Source of the DNA: an uncultured Thermoplasmata archaeon
GTDB taxonomy: Archaea > Thermoplasmatota > Thermoplasmata > JAGHBH01
Assembly: GCA_964601625.1 (NCBI GenBank)
Contig: CAZROC010000002.1
Coordinates: 80,694 to 144,693, forward strand
DNA: 64,000 nucleotides
Direction of reading: 5' to 3'
The translations under genes were made by a program, and so were the position numbers. Positions 54,554 through 64,000 of this stretch are shown here, in pieces. The notes under the pieces were generated by a model, which made no database searches, was not told the DNA's origin, and was given only the letters and a program-made list of their open reading frames with translations. Numbering within the stretch: position 1 is the first letter of the stretch; each line of letters starts with the position of its first letter.

Positions 54554-56599
54554 TCAGAGTGAGAAAGGCGCGGCGGGGTCTCCGTACAGCTGTGTTTCCA
54601 GGACGCAGACCCTGGCGAACGGCCTGCTGCTCTGGTCTGTCCATTCTTTGTTGTAGAAGTCGTCTTTTGCCATTCTGAGGGCGTCGCCTGTTGTTTTGTT
54701 TTCTCCCAGGACGTGGTCCCAGAACATTGTGGGCATGTCAAAGTCGCCGTATCCCCAGGCGTCGGGCGTGCCGTCTGCCAGTCCGCCGAAGAACGCTCCC
54801 CAGCTTTCCTCTGTTGCTCCGATGTAGCCGCCGGCGCCTGCGTGTATAAATGCCAGGGATATGCATGTGGCGGGGGCCATGGTCTGCTGGTTTTCGCTCC
54901 CGTTCCACACTATTGGCCAGTCTAATGCGCTTGAGAGACAGCACGCTCCGAAGACGGGGGTGGCTTTGAGGGTGAGGCCGTAGATGTCCTCTGAGCCGAT
55001 TCTGTCGTAGTCTTTGCTGTTGTCGTGTGTTGATGCCCAGAGCCAGTACCAGCCGTCGGGGTATCCGTGGCCGTCGTATATGATTATGTCCATGTCTTCC
55101 ATTTTTCTGACAGCCCCAGCCTCGTTGAAATAGACGATTTTCCAGCATTCGTAGGGGTGTTCTATATCCGCTATCACGCCGTAGCCGCCGAGGACTGCCT
55201 GCTGGTGTCTTGACGCCCCCGAGTCAGAGTCGCCTGTCATGAGAGAGGTTATTATTTCCGCTTTTCTCTCCCCGGCCAGCCCCCATCCCTCCGCCATGGC
55301 TGGCCTCTCGTACTCGTAGTAGAAGATGCTTCTGTCGCACAGGGCCACGGCGTCCGGAAGGGACGTCCCTATGATTCTTCCCACGCTGAGCTCAAGCGTG
55401 TAGAGGGGGTCTGATGTTTCGTTGAAGTTGTTTTCAAGTGTGTCGTTTGTGGCGGAGAGGTGGATGTCCAGGTCGCCGTAGTACATGTCTGTTGCCAGGT
55501 ACTCTTCTCCTTTTTCGCTCTGCTGGACGTTTTCGTACCATATCGGGCTTTTGATGTAGAGCATAGGGACGGCGGCGGGGCCCCCGGCGAGGGCGACATA
55601 GTGTGGTGTCCCGGAGCGGTCTTTTATAAAGGACGCCCAGAGGTCTATGGTGTTGTCAATCAAGACGCTTTTTGTGTCTATTTCCATCTGGTAGTGGAGT
55701 TCTAGGTCGTCCGGGATGGTGTCAGGGTCTCCTCCCCGCTCCCCCGAGCCAGCGTCTCCGGTCCCGTATCCGAGGCCCTGGACGTGGCTGAGGTTCACCG
55801 TGTAGTTTCCAACGGCCACAAAAGCTGTTCTCCAGGCGGCTAGGAGTGAGCCAGCGGCTGACAGGTGGGGTATGAAAAATTCAACGCCTGGCTTGGAGGA
55901 GTCCAGTGTGTCACGGGGGTTTGTGACCACCAGATACGCATCTCTGCATGTTTCTGGCCAGTGGTTTGCAATGAACTCCCACTCGTCCGTGTTGTTCTGT
56001 ATGTGGTGGACTGCCATGCCGGGGAGTGTGACATCCCCAACTGCTATGACACTTTTTATACCCATATCGGACAGATATTCCCGTGTCTCGGCCGAGTCAT
56101 ATAGGATCGGCGCGCATGCCAGTGCGGATATTGACGACGCCCTGACAGCGTTTTCATAGTTGTCCACCACGATGGCCATGTCAACCCTTTCCCAGTATCT
56201 CCTTGCCAGAGAAACGCTGGCCTCCGAAGGGTTTTTCCCCAGGTCTGATATGTGGACGACCTCCGGTTCTGGATACTTTCCCACCCTCGGGGGCGGTGGT
56301 GTGCCGTCGTCAACGAACACCGGCACGGGTTTTCCACGGTTGTATGCCAGCGGGGCGAAACATGGTATCACCTGCGTGCCGTTTTCGGGGTCTTTGGCTG
56401 TTACCACGAGAAACGACGGGGGAAGGTCTTTTATCTGGTTGGTGTCGTAGAAGACAAATGGCTTTTCCCCTGTGATGGCTCCGCGCCTCTGGATAACAAG
56501 CATGGCTCCTATGAGAAGCAGGACTGCTATGACGGCGAAAGCGGCCTGGGCAATGTTGTTTCTGCGGACGTGCTTCCAGAGGTTTGCACCGATCTTCAT
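54554..56599 (-). CDS. large membrane-anchored extracytoplasmic protein (hypothetical)
   Basis: 681 aa. N-terminal TM anchor. G+C-rich. Confidence 0.4.
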   Translation of the reverse strand: MKIGANLWKHVRRNNIAQAAFAVIAVLLLIGAMLVIQRRGAITGEKPFVFYDTNQIKDLPPSFLVVTAKDPENGTQVIPCFAPLAYNRGKPVPVFVDDGTPPPPRVGKYPEPEVVHISDLGKNPSEASVSLARRYWERVDMAIVVDNYENAVRASSISALACAPILYDSAETREYLSDMGIKSVIAVGDVTLPGMAVHHIQNNTDEWEFIANHWPETCRDAYLVVTNPRDTLDSSKPGVEFFIPHLSAAGSLLAAWRTAFVAVGNYTVNLSHVQGLGYGTGDAGSGERGGDPDTIPDDLELHYQMEIDTKSVLIDNTIDLWASFIKDRSGTPHYVALAGGPAAVPMLYIKSPIWYENVQQSEKGEEYLATDMYYGDLDIHLSATNDTLENNFNETSDPLYTLELSVGRIIGTSLPDAVALCDRSIFYYEYERPAMAEGWGLAGERKAEIITSLMTGDSDSGASRHQQAVLGGYGVIADIEHPYECWKIVYFNEAGAVRKMEDMDIIIYDGHGYPDGWYWLWASTHDNSKDYDRIGSEDIYGLTLKATPVFGACCLSSALDWPIVWNGSENQQTMAPATCISLAFIHAGAGGYIGATEESWGAFFGGLADGTPDAWGYGDFDMPTMFWDHVLGENKTTGDALRMAKDDFYNKEWTDQSSRPFARVCVLETQLYGDPAAPFSL

Positions 56600-56745
56600 T
56601 GCGAACGCCTCCTCTCACGTCGTGTCTTTCAACGACACGTTAATATCATTATATACCTCAGTGTTCTTATCGGAGATAAACTTTTTCTTAAATAGTGACT
56701 TCCATATTGACTTATAGTGACTTCCATATTGACTTCCTGGCCAGG

Positions 56746-57786
56746 TCAGACCCTGTAGCGCAGAAGTGCCGCTATACCTCCAAGGCCAGCGAGCTTTTTT
56801 CCGCCTTCGTGGTGTTCGCTCACAAGAACGACCTTTGCACCCAGGTTTTCTGCCATTTCCACAAGGTCCCTCCACGTGTCATCAAACAGGCGGCTTTCCA
56901 GGACGACGAGCGTCTCAACCGCTCCCCTTTCAACGGCGTTTCGCACGTCCTCAAAACCATAAGCACAGTCCTCGTCTTTTTTTATTGCCTCCAGAACCTT
57001 CTCAACGTGTGCTGTCTCAACCACCACTCTGTGGTCGGCCAGCAGTTTCATTCCGCCCCCGCCTTTTATGGCCTCGTATACACCTCTCAGGCCGCCGTGG
57101 GATGTTGGATAGACCAAAATGTGCACCTCGCCGCCGAGTTTTTCTTTGAGGAACTCAACGAATTCATCTCTGTAAAATCCCGGGCCTGCGACCAGGACGA
57201 CACCGCTCCCGGTTGTGGCCAGAAGGTTTTTGACCACGCCAGCCACCTCGCCAAAAAACTCCCGCCGATCTCCACCGCCGTCAAACATCTTTCCTCCGCC
57301 GCCACCCCTGATCGTTGCCACCGTCTCAACGCCGTAGTTCCAGAGAACTCCCACCACACCCTCTTCGTCGTCTATGCCCACAGCGACGACTTTCTGCCGC
57401 CCCATGTCCCTCTCCGCCGATCTGAGACGCTTTTCAACCAGCGGATGCCAGCGCTCTTTGGCCAGCTCAACCGTGTCTCCCGGGCTCACATCAATTGAAT
57501 GATGTTTTCCCCTGTCCTGCGGGCCTTCAACGATCACGCCCAGAACCCTGAGGCGGTCCGTGAAAGGCCTGAACTCAACACTTTCCACACGGATGCCCAG
57601 GTACATCCGCTTTTTCTCGCCCTTTTCGGGGCGGAGGGCATCTGTCCGCCTCTCCTCACGTCTGAAAGTCCAGCCATAAAAAACGTCCCCTGGCTCAATA
57701 ACCCTTGAGAGGTGCCACAGGTCATCCGGACTCTCCGCCTGGACCTTTATTCTGCCGCGCTTTCTGTCAACGGATAGAACTCTCAT
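56746..57786 (-). CDS. pelA: Pelota (aPelota/Dom34) ribosome-rescue factor
   Basis: 346 aa. N-terminal MRVLSVDRKRGRIKVQAESPDDLWHL, central and eRF1-like C-terminal domains. Confidence 0.75.
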   Translation of the reverse strand: MRVLSVDRKRGRIKVQAESPDDLWHLSRVIEPGDVFYGWTFRREERRTDALRPEKGEKKRMYLGIRVESVEFRPFTDRLRVLGVIVEGPQDRGKHHSIDVSPGDTVELAKERWHPLVEKRLRSAERDMGRQKVVAVGIDDEEGVVGVLWNYGVETVATIRGGGGGKMFDGGGDRREFFGEVAGVVKNLLATTGSGVVLVAGPGFYRDEFVEFLKEKLGGEVHILVYPTSHGGLRGVYEAIKGGGGMKLLADHRVVVETAHVEKVLEAIKKDEDCAYGFEDVRNAVERGAVETLVVLESRLFDDTWRDLVEMAENLGAKVVLVSEHHEGGKKLAGLGGIAALLRYRV

Positions 57787-58054
57787 CGCATCTTAATGGC
57801 CGGGAGGTATTTTAAAGGTGGGGGTGGTGTACGGCGGAAGAGTAGTAACGCGTTACTTAGGAACACGATACTGTGTATTTAAATGCTTTAGCTGTTGATT
57901 AATTGACGTCATCGGCCCAGATAACAAGATTTAAATATAAATATCCACATGTATTAAATGATGGGTGGAGAAAACAGCGGGGCTCTGGACTTAAAGGACT
58001 GCATGTGGAAAAAAACAGGGGAAAAAGAGGAAAGCACTCCTCTCTGCGTCTACA

Positions 58055-58738
58055 GTGGCCTGTTTGAAGCTTGTTTTTCTTGTTATCTTTTCCACGGTCA
58101 TATCCGTGGTAAAAGCGAACCCCGTGGTATACACGTCCCCGGGATTGAGAATGGCGGAAGACTCCATATATATCATTATTGTTTTCTTCGTCAACATCGG
58201 GGCTGACGCCATCCTCCTTTATACGCCGATAAAACTGATATATAAAACGGGGCTGGACAGTGATCTGCCGCGCATCTGGCCTTTCACCGTCCCTATAATA
58301 GCGTTCTGGGGCGCTTTTGTGGATTTACTTACCTTTGAAAGTATTGATATAATAGATTCACCGGTTTTATCAGTCCCGGCGGCTGCGGCGATAATTTTCA
58401 TGACGTATATAATAGTCGTCTTTTTAGTGCTGAAAAAACGGATGGGAACAGCGCTGATCACGGCGACGCTGGCAACGGCGGTAAACCTGGCCATGTGGTC
58501 TAATCTTGATAAATCTGAGTTCGTATTAGCTATCTATGTCATGTCGCTCCTCCTCTCACTTATCTTTATGTTCTATCTGTTCCTTGAAATCTTGACGTTT
58601 TTCAAGGAGATGAAGAGCGGGAGAACAGGCGCTGAGAAAGAGAGGGAGGAGACCATCTTTGTTTATGGGTTGTTTCACCTGTTTCTGCCCTTTTTCCTGC
58701 TGATATTCGCATTTGTAGTGTTCGCCGCAGGGGGATAA
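58055..58738 (+). CDS. polytopic membrane protein (hypothetical)
   Basis: 227 aa with ~6 hydrophobic segments. Confidence 0.4.
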   Translation: MACLKLVFLVIFSTVISVVKANPVVYTSPGLRMAEDSIYIIIVFFVNIGADAILLYTPIKLIYKTGLDSDLPRIWPFTVPIIAFWGAFVDLLTFESIDIIDSPVLSVPAAAAIIFMTYIIVVFLVLKKRMGTALITATLATAVNLAMWSNLDKSEFVLAIYVMSLLLSLIFMFYLFLEILTFFKEMKSGRTGAEKEREETIFVYGLFHLFLPFFLLIFAFVVFAAGG

Positions 58739-58864
58739 CCCATAAACAAGGGGCAAAACTATATATACCCCGGCCGATATGGTTTATCTGCGGCGGGAGG
58801 GGTTGAAGGCGACACGTGTTGTCTAACCCTCTGCCGGCAAAGAAAAGACCAAGGAGGAACGAAA

Positions 58865-59137
58865 GTGAACATATACGTAGGAAACCTGTCGTATGACCTC
58901 TCCGAAAACGAGTTGCGACAGGCTTTTGAAGAGTATGGAGAGGTGTCGTCTGTTAAAATAATAACAGACAGATACACGGGCAGATCCCGGGGCTTCGGCT
59001 TCGTGGAAATGCCAGACGACGAACAGGCGAAAAACGCCATAGATGGGCTCAACGGAAAAGAGCTCAAAGGACGGCAGCTGAACGTTAATGAGGCCCGTCC
59101 CAGACCGGAAAGGAGAGAGAACAGGGACAGATGGTGA
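58865..59137 (+). CDS. RRM-domain RNA-binding protein
   Basis: 90 aa. RNP2 IYVGNL and RNP1 RGFGFVEM. Confidence 0.7.
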   Translation: MNIYVGNLSYDLSENELRQAFEEYGEVSSVKIITDRYTGRSRGFGFVEMPDDEQAKNAIDGLNGKELKGRQLNVNEARPRPERRENRDRW

Positions 59138-59284
59138 GACTGCATCTAAACCCGGTAACTTAACAAACCTTTTTCCCAACACTTTTCTTTTTTTGTTTTT
59201 TCTTTTTGTTTTTCCTGTTTTTCGCTCAACCCACCAACCTACAACTTTTTTTGTCTCCTCCCACTGTTTTTAACTCCCCTGGGT

Positions 59285-59710
59285 GTGGCGGTGGTGGTGA
59301 TGGATATGAGGATAGGCATTGTGGTCAGCGAGTTCAACTATGACATAACGATGATGATGCTTGAGCGGGCGAAGAGCCACGCCGAGTTTCTGGGTGTTGA
59401 GGTTTCCCATGTGGTCCGGGTGCCGGGGGTGTTTGACATGCCGCTGGCGGTGAAACATCTGCTGAGCAAAGATGACGTGGACGGCGTGGTGACTCTGGGG
59501 GCTGTGATTGAGGGGGAGACGGACCACGACGAGATTGTCATACAGCACGCCTCACGCAAAATAGTTGATCTCTCCCTGGAATACAGCAAGCCGGTTTCTC
59601 TCGGTATAACGGGTCCGGGTATGAGCCGACTGCAGGCGGAGGAGAGGATTGAGCGGGCTAAAGCCGCCGTTGAGAGCGTGGTAAAACTTTATAGAGCCCT
59701 AAAAGATTGA
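59285..59710 (+). CDS. ribH: 6,7-dimethyl-8-ribityllumazine synthase (archaeal short form)
   Basis: 141 aa. [15 protein letters not shown]...VPGVFDMP. Confidence 0.8.
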   Translation: MAVVVMDMRIGIVVSEFNYDITMMMLERAKSHAEFLGVEVSHVVRVPGVFDMPLAVKHLLSKDDVDGVVTLGAVIEGETDHDEIVIQHASRKIVDLSLEYSKPVSLGITGPGMSRLQAEERIERAKAAVESVVKLYRALKD

Positions 59711-59717
59711 CCCCCAC

Positions 59718-61391
59718 ATGGCGTCCAAGGGGAAAAAAAGGGGGCGAAAACGGGCTGGGTCTATCGCAATAAAGACGGGGGCCAGAGCTGTTGAGAACAG
59801 GATTCGGCGGAAGGCGGAGTTTCTCAGGTACCACCCGGAGGTGCTGATACCCGAGGGGTGTGAGAGGTTTTTCGTGTCAATCAAAAAGGCGGTTGATCGT
59901 GTTCAGGAGGCGGCTGATGACCCTGAGGCCCTTAAAAAGCTCTCAAAAAAAGGGGACAAACTGGCCAGGGCCTATGCCTCCACTCTTCTGGTTCTTGAAA
60001 AGGAGAGCAGTCCGACGCTGGCTGTTGTGCATTTTCCTCATGGAGAGGCGAGTGTGGTCTATAACCCTCACACGCCCAAGGAAAAGCTGGTTGGAGTCCA
60101 GTACTATGACAGCCCTGTTTTTCGCATCTATGCCATAAAAGATGTTGCGGAAAAAAAGAGGGTCTTCGTTTTTTCGCTTGACGATAAAATGGTGTGCACG
60201 GGGCGTGAGTTCAGCGTTCCAGACGGGTTCGTTGAAGATGTTGTCGCTGAGGCCCGTCTTTCTGTCCAGAAACTGGGCCCGGGGATGTACGCCTGCCCAC
60301 ACATGGTGTTCAACAGCGATGGCGGCGCTGGCCCTAGAAAAGAGATGAGTGGTGGCCGGGAGCCGGTGGGAGCGCACATGCATGTGTTTCTGGGTGATGC
60401 CCGCATTTTCGTGTGTCAGAGATGTGCGAAGGGAAACCGCAACCTGTCCATGCTGCTCCTCCGCCGGATTGCGGGTCCGAAGGTTGAGCGTTTTCTGGAG
60501 GTCAGGGGGAGCAACGGCCTGGTTTGCGGCGAAAAAAGGGCGGGGGGAAAGAGGTGCGATAGTTGTCTGGCGGAGAAAGGAGTGGCTTTTGGAAAGCGCT
60601 ATCTGGCTGGGAGAGAGACGGATGAGGATGCCCTGACACGTGCTCTTGAGGAAGAAAAGCGGCTTTTAGTTGAAAACGGCCTGTTTGTGGTGGACGGCGT
60701 GTGCTATAAAAAAATGCGTTCTCTGGCAGAAAACGTTGAGGGGGACGTACTTGAGAAAAAAGCGCTGCTGGGCATAGCAGAGATTGTTGAAAACCGTGGA
60801 GAGGGTTTTTTTGTCAGTGGAGGCGCTGGGGGCGTCCTGTCAGCCCTGTGGGCGGAAGTGGGGGGAGAGGCCATAAAGAGCGTTCTGGAAGATGCTTCCC
60901 TGGCAGACGAAGTGGTGGAGCGGGTTTTCTCTCCTGACCTTGGTTCACATGGCCCCGTCCATTTGCTGAGGCGCGCTGTTGAAGAGGAGAAAAACATACG
61001 ACTCCTTTCCAGCCTCCCGTCTTACTCAGATATGGGCCCTATAGGAAGACTGGCGGATCGTCTGGCCAGGGCTTACAGGGTGGGCGGAAAAGAAGGTCTT
61101 ATAAAGCGTCTCCACGACGAACGCCTTTCCACAACAAAAGAAAAAAGCCTGTCATATGCTTTCTTTCTCGCTGTCGGGGAGGAAGGCGGGGGCTGGCGTT
61201 ACACCGAGACAGAGAGAGATTTTGCCAGATATCTATCGGATTTTGCAAGGGAACTCCTTGAAGCCGATGCCGGGGACTACCACGATGCCCTCTGCAGACT
61301 CGTGCAGGCGGTGGGAAGCGGGGAGCCCATGCCCGTGAAAGCCCGGGGCGGTGGAAACGACGCCAGCGACGCCAGTGACACTGGCGATTGA
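59718..61391 (+). CDS. hypothetical protein with CxxC pairs
   Basis: 557 aa. CQRCAKG...CDSC zinc-ribbon-like. Confidence 0.4.
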   Translation: MASKGKKRGRKRAGSIAIKTGARAVENRIRRKAEFLRYHPEVLIPEGCERFFVSIKKAVDRVQEAADDPEALKKLSKKGDKLARAYASTLLVLEKESSPTLAVVHFPHGEASVVYNPHTPKEKLVGVQYYDSPVFRIYAIKDVAEKKRVFVFSLDDKMVCTGREFSVPDGFVEDVVAEARLSVQKLGPGMYACPHMVFNSDGGAGPRKEMSGGREPVGAHMHVFLGDARIFVCQRCAKGNRNLSMLLLRRIAGPKVERFLEVRGSNGLVCGEKRAGGKRCDSCLAEKGVAFGKRYLAGRETDEDALTRALEEEKRLLVENGLFVVDGVCYKKMRSLAENVEGDVLEKKALLGIAEIVENRGEGFFVSGGAGGVLSALWAEVGGEAIKSVLEDASLADEVVERVFSPDLGSHGPVHLLRRAVEEEKNIRLLSSLPSYSDMGPIGRLADRLARAYRVGGKEGLIKRLHDERLSTTKEKSLSYAFFLAVGEEGGGWRYTETERDFARYLSDFARELLEADAGDYHDALCRLVQAVGSGEPMPVKARGGGNDASDASDTGD

Positions 61392-61447
61392 TAACCGGCG
61401 ATTGATACTATTGACGGATGTTATCGACGGCTGTTGGCCATTACCGG

Positions 61448-62605
61448 TCATGGGCGCACTTCTGCGTCCACGACCACATGCCACACCCCCGGCGAATAAG
61501 ATTTGACCCACCGGATGTCTTTTTTTACAACCCTGAAACCGGATTCCCCGGCGGCCCTTTCAATCCGCCTGTACGGCCGCTCTGGTATAATCTCTTCGGG
61601 ACAGTTTTCGTGGTAGTGGACAACGCCCCCTTCCGGGCGCAGTATTTTCATGGCTTTTGGGAGAAAGAGATGTGTGTCTTTTAGATAGCCCATGACCACC
61701 CTGTCCGCCACGCCCTCTTTTGCCTGGCGGTTGTCCAGGTTGTGCGTCTCAACAACATCTTCCACACGGTTCAACCTAGTGTTCTCCGCCAGGAACCGGT
61801 ATGCGCGTGGGTTTATCTCATACGCCACCACCTTTCTGGCGCCCGTGTATCTGGCGATGGGGAGGGTGAAATAGCCGATGCCGGCGAACATGTCCACAAC
61901 CACCTCGCCCCCCATGTCAATCTTTGCCATCCTCTGCCGCTCGTCTATGTTTCCGCTGGAAAACATTATGTGAAGAACGTCAAGCTTGTACCTTATCCCG
62001 TTCTCCACGTGGACTGTTATGAGCTCTTCATCCACACCCACACCCCCGCTCCCGCCGCAGGACCATATGATTTTCGCATGTGGCTCCCTGTAAACGCCCG
62101 TTATGATGTCATACGCCACGGCTGCTCTGGCTCCCAGCACATCACAGTATATCTCCCCTATCTTTTCGGCAACAATCGGTGGCGTATCGGGGGGCAACCG
62201 GAGGCAGACCACGTCGCCTATCTTCTCCCATTTGTCGGGCAAAAGAGCGGCGTCCAGACCCATCTGTTCTCCGAGAGCTTTTATCTTTTCATAGGGCGCC
62301 GGCTGGCTTCTTTTTCTCTCAAAAAACCACGTGCCCGTTGAGCCCTCCAGCCCCCGTATTTCTTTAACGCTATCAGGTGCTTTGATGGGGTATATGACAT
62401 GGTCGCCGTCTCTCAGCGGTTTGAGATCCGTGTCTATGAGCCCGTGGCTCCACAGCAGCCGCCGCACCTCTTCTGCCTGGAACCTTTCAACTCTCAGGCC
62501 GGGCTTTTTTTCTTCCCTGTTTTTTGTCTCCTGACGCTCCGGGCCCTTTTCTGTCATCTTACCATCATATTGTTTTCGTCTCTCAAAAAGGTTTATACAC
62601 CCCAA
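61448..62605 (-). CDS. tRNA (guanine37-N1)-methyltransferase Trm5-family (Trm5/Taw2-like)
   Basis: 385 aa. DMFAGIGYFTLPIA...AYEINPRA class I MTase motifs characteristic of Trm5/TYW2. Confidence 0.6.
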   Translation of the reverse strand: MGCINLFERRKQYDGKMTEKGPERQETKNREEKKPGLRVERFQAEEVRRLLWSHGLIDTDLKPLRDGDHVIYPIKAPDSVKEIRGLEGSTGTWFFERKRSQPAPYEKIKALGEQMGLDAALLPDKWEKIGDVVCLRLPPDTPPIVAEKIGEIYCDVLGARAAVAYDIITGVYREPHAKIIWSCGGSGGVGVDEELITVHVENGIRYKLDVLHIMFSSGNIDERQRMAKIDMGGEVVVDMFAGIGYFTLPIARYTGARKVVAYEINPRAYRFLAENTRLNRVEDVVETHNLDNRQAKEGVADRVVMGYLKDTHLFLPKAMKILRPEGGVVHYHENCPEEIIPERPYRRIERAAGESGFRVVKKDIRWVKSYSPGVWHVVVDAEVRP

Positions 62606-62623
62606 CCCCGATTACCGCCCACC

Positions 62624-63580
62624 ATGTGCCCCCGAGAACGAGCACGGAAACCTGTGACCCAAAACCCAACCGCACACCCTCCCTCACGCTCCACACACCC
62701 CACTGCACGCCCAGGCTCACGCCCGGCCCTGTCGGTGTTTCTGTCGGTGCTTGTCGCAGCGGTGCTCCTGTCTGCATCGTTTATTGTTCCAGTTCCCGCT
62801 ATGTCCCTGCCGCCTGCTGGCACCCCCGAAGAGCTGGAGATATACGACGTATCTCTTGTACCACGGTTCAACCTGACATTCGTTGAGTTCCCCCCGGGTG
62901 AGACCTTTCACAGGCCCGTGGGGCTGATAAACCACTACTCGTTTCAGATCACCAACGTGACCGTTTCCATGGAAGTGTACCTGTTTGCAACTATAAAAGA
63001 GGCGGCTGACGTGAGAGGGCTGGAACACCCGCCTCGACTTTCGGCGGAGGGAGAATGGGCGTCGGATGAGCAGGAGGGCTGGACGTCTGCCACATTCTTT
63101 TTCCCCGTTATAGAGCCTGGAGAAGAGGTACATTTCACCCACACAATAACAACGGACAAAAAAACACCACAGGGCACGTATTTCGTCAGAACAAGCGTGT
63201 CTTTCCAGGCCAACAAAACAAACTATGTGATGAAATCCAGGGGCTATTTTGACGACGACACATGGAAAAAGGCCCTGAACACCACAGTTAATCTCACAAT
63301 AGGAGACACCAATATCACATATCCTGTAAACATAACCCTCCTGGGCGTGGACGGCATAACACCCGACACGTCTTTCACCGTGAAAAAACCCCGCTCCTTG
63401 ATACCATTTTTTGCCCTCGCGGCCCTGGCAGGGTTTTTCGGGATTTCCGCCCTCGTATTCTACCTGCAGGAAGAGTATAACATGTTCCCCCGGGCAGAGT
63501 GGGCGTACAGGCGGGTGATGGGAAAAATATACGTGTGGAAATCCCGGCTGGAAAGGCGGATAAAAAGAGGCATGCCGTGA
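62624..63580 (+). CDS. secreted/membrane-anchored protein (hypothetical)
   Basis: Start moved to internal M (MCPRERARKPV...) because the track ORF N-terminus overlaps the Trm5-family gene antisense. Signal-peptide-like hydrophobic stretch. C-terminal TM. Confidence 0.35.
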   Translation: MCPRERARKPVTQNPTAHPPSRSTHPTARPGSRPALSVFLSVLVAAVLLSASFIVPVPAMSLPPAGTPEELEIYDVSLVPRFNLTFVEFPPGETFHRPVGLINHYSFQITNVTVSMEVYLFATIKEAADVRGLEHPPRLSAEGEWASDEQEGWTSATFFFPVIEPGEEVHFTHTITTDKKTPQGTYFVRTSVSFQANKTNYVMKSRGYFDDDTWKKALNTTVNLTIGDTNITYPVNITLLGVDGITPDTSFTVKKPRSLIPFFALAALAGFFGISALVFYLQEEYNMFPRAEWAYRRVMGKIYVWKSRLERRIKRGMP

Positions 63581-63648
63581 GGGCAGGGGCGTTGTTCACC
63601 AGATAACCAGGGAACATCACAACAAATTATTTATACCGGCTTTTTCAG

Positions 63649-63873
63649 TTGGGGCGGAGAGGACTGGAGAACATGGAGAAACGAAAAATCCTGCTGGTGT
63701 TCTATTCCCTCCTGTTTTTCGGGGGAATCGCTCTGTATCTGGCGTGGAACATAGCATACGGTGTCTGGACAGATGTGGGAATATACTCTGTTACGATAAT
63801 AATGGTGTTGCTGGGGTTTTTCGGGATGCTCCTCTATTCAAAAGAAAGAGAGGAGATTGAAGAAGAGGACTGA
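63649..63873 (+). CDS. small two-TM membrane protein
   Basis: 74 aa. Confidence 0.3.
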   Translation: MGRRGLENMEKRKILLVFYSLLFFGGIALYLAWNIAYGVWTDVGIYSVTIIMVLLGFFGMLLYSKEREEIEEED

Positions 63874-64000
63874 GCCACCAGCAGAACATTATACCGCCTA
63901 TAATAACCGCCTATACTTTTGTGAGCTTTTTCCTTCTCTCTTTTGCGGTGTAACCTGTTGCCCGGAACAGGAACTCGTTGTAGCGTTTTATCGTCTCGGC

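Noticed and set aside
53632-54741. N-terminal 370 codons of the track ORF 52507..54741 as part of the integrase
   Set aside because: The region is low-complexity (His/Asn/Pro/Arg-rich) read-through caused by strand compositional skew. It overlaps the Thi4 gene on the other strand. The conserved domain begins at the ATG at 53631.
56695-57498. 267-aa plus-strand ORF and other ORFs antisense to pelota, Thi4, the large membrane protein and AspRS (e.g. 56766..57149, 55872..56159, 46547..46990)
   Set aside because: They are antisense or overlapping well-supported genes in G+C-rich DNA where long spurious ORFs are expected. No motifs.
59140-59284. T-rich tract after the RRM gene as a distinct feature
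   Set aside because: Consistent with an archaeal oligo-T terminator, but too generic to annotate confidently.
62399-62623. N-terminal 75 codons of ORF 62399..63580
   Set aside because: They overlap the Trm5-family gene antisense. An internal Met followed by a signal-peptide-like segment begins right after that gene.

Overview
This window is archaeal. FEN-1, aPelota, archaeal-type PGK, Thi4, short archaeal RibH and Trm5 point to an archaeon. It has two compositionally distinct parts. G+C-rich core genes occupy 1..6454 and ~53.7..64 kb. Between them lies a markedly A+T-rich insertion of about 47 kb (6455..~53.63 kb). The insertion begins exactly at the 3' end of a tRNA-Thr(CGU) gene and ends with a tyrosine-recombinase gene (52507..53631, minus strand).

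Inside the insertion almost every gene block is separated by one copy of a 140-180 bp imperfect-palindromic repeat. I count at least 14 clear copies plus 3 degenerate ones. The repeat has the architecture of an integron attC site. An AAC|G / C|GTT inverse core box sits at each end. An internal stem (e.g. GGATATGTG...CACATATCC) covaries between copies. A variable central hairpin sits in the middle. The GTT-side box of each repeat is the exact reverse complement of the AAC-side box of the next repeat, as in a recombination-assembled cassette chain. A half repeat next to the integrase stop codon (52349..52506) looks like an attI-type junction. I therefore interpret the region as an integron-like gene-cassette array in an archaeon, with the integrase co-directional with the cassettes (inverted-integron layout), integrated at or beside a tRNA gene.

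The cassettes carry the following:
- TA pairs: many toxin-antitoxin pairs (RelE/ParE, four HicAB, retropepsin-like pair).
- DNA glycosylases: two HhH-GPD DNA glycosylases and a family-4 UDG.
- MTase: a beta-class DNA methyltransferase.
- Helicase: an SF1 helicase.
- nuoBCDI: a nuoB-C-D-I module.
- TGT/HerA operon: a three-gene operon of TGT/DpdA-like protein, HerA-family ATPase and a large unknown protein.
- Radical SAM: a radical-SAM/SPASM gene with a small Cys-rich peptide.
- 9-kb cassette: a 9-kb, 10-gene glycan/nucleotide-sugar cassette that includes an NTase-tyrosine-phosphatase fusion and a WG-repeat O-methyltransferase fusion.
- GHKL/PD pair: a pair of a GHKL (sacsin-like) giant ATPase and a PD-(D/E)xK protein.
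- aaRS operon: a four-gene operon with a bacterial-type AspRS, an AsnA-like AspRS-core paralog, a GluTR-like::class-II-aaRS-core fusion and a DHQS/Fe-ADH-like enzyme.
- PLD nuclease: a PLD-family nuclease.

A cluster of hairpin-rich repeats carrying the first 9-14 nt of the tRNA lies immediately upstream of the tRNA-Thr.

All coordinates come from reading the sequence and the ORF track. Composition statements are by eye and should be computed.
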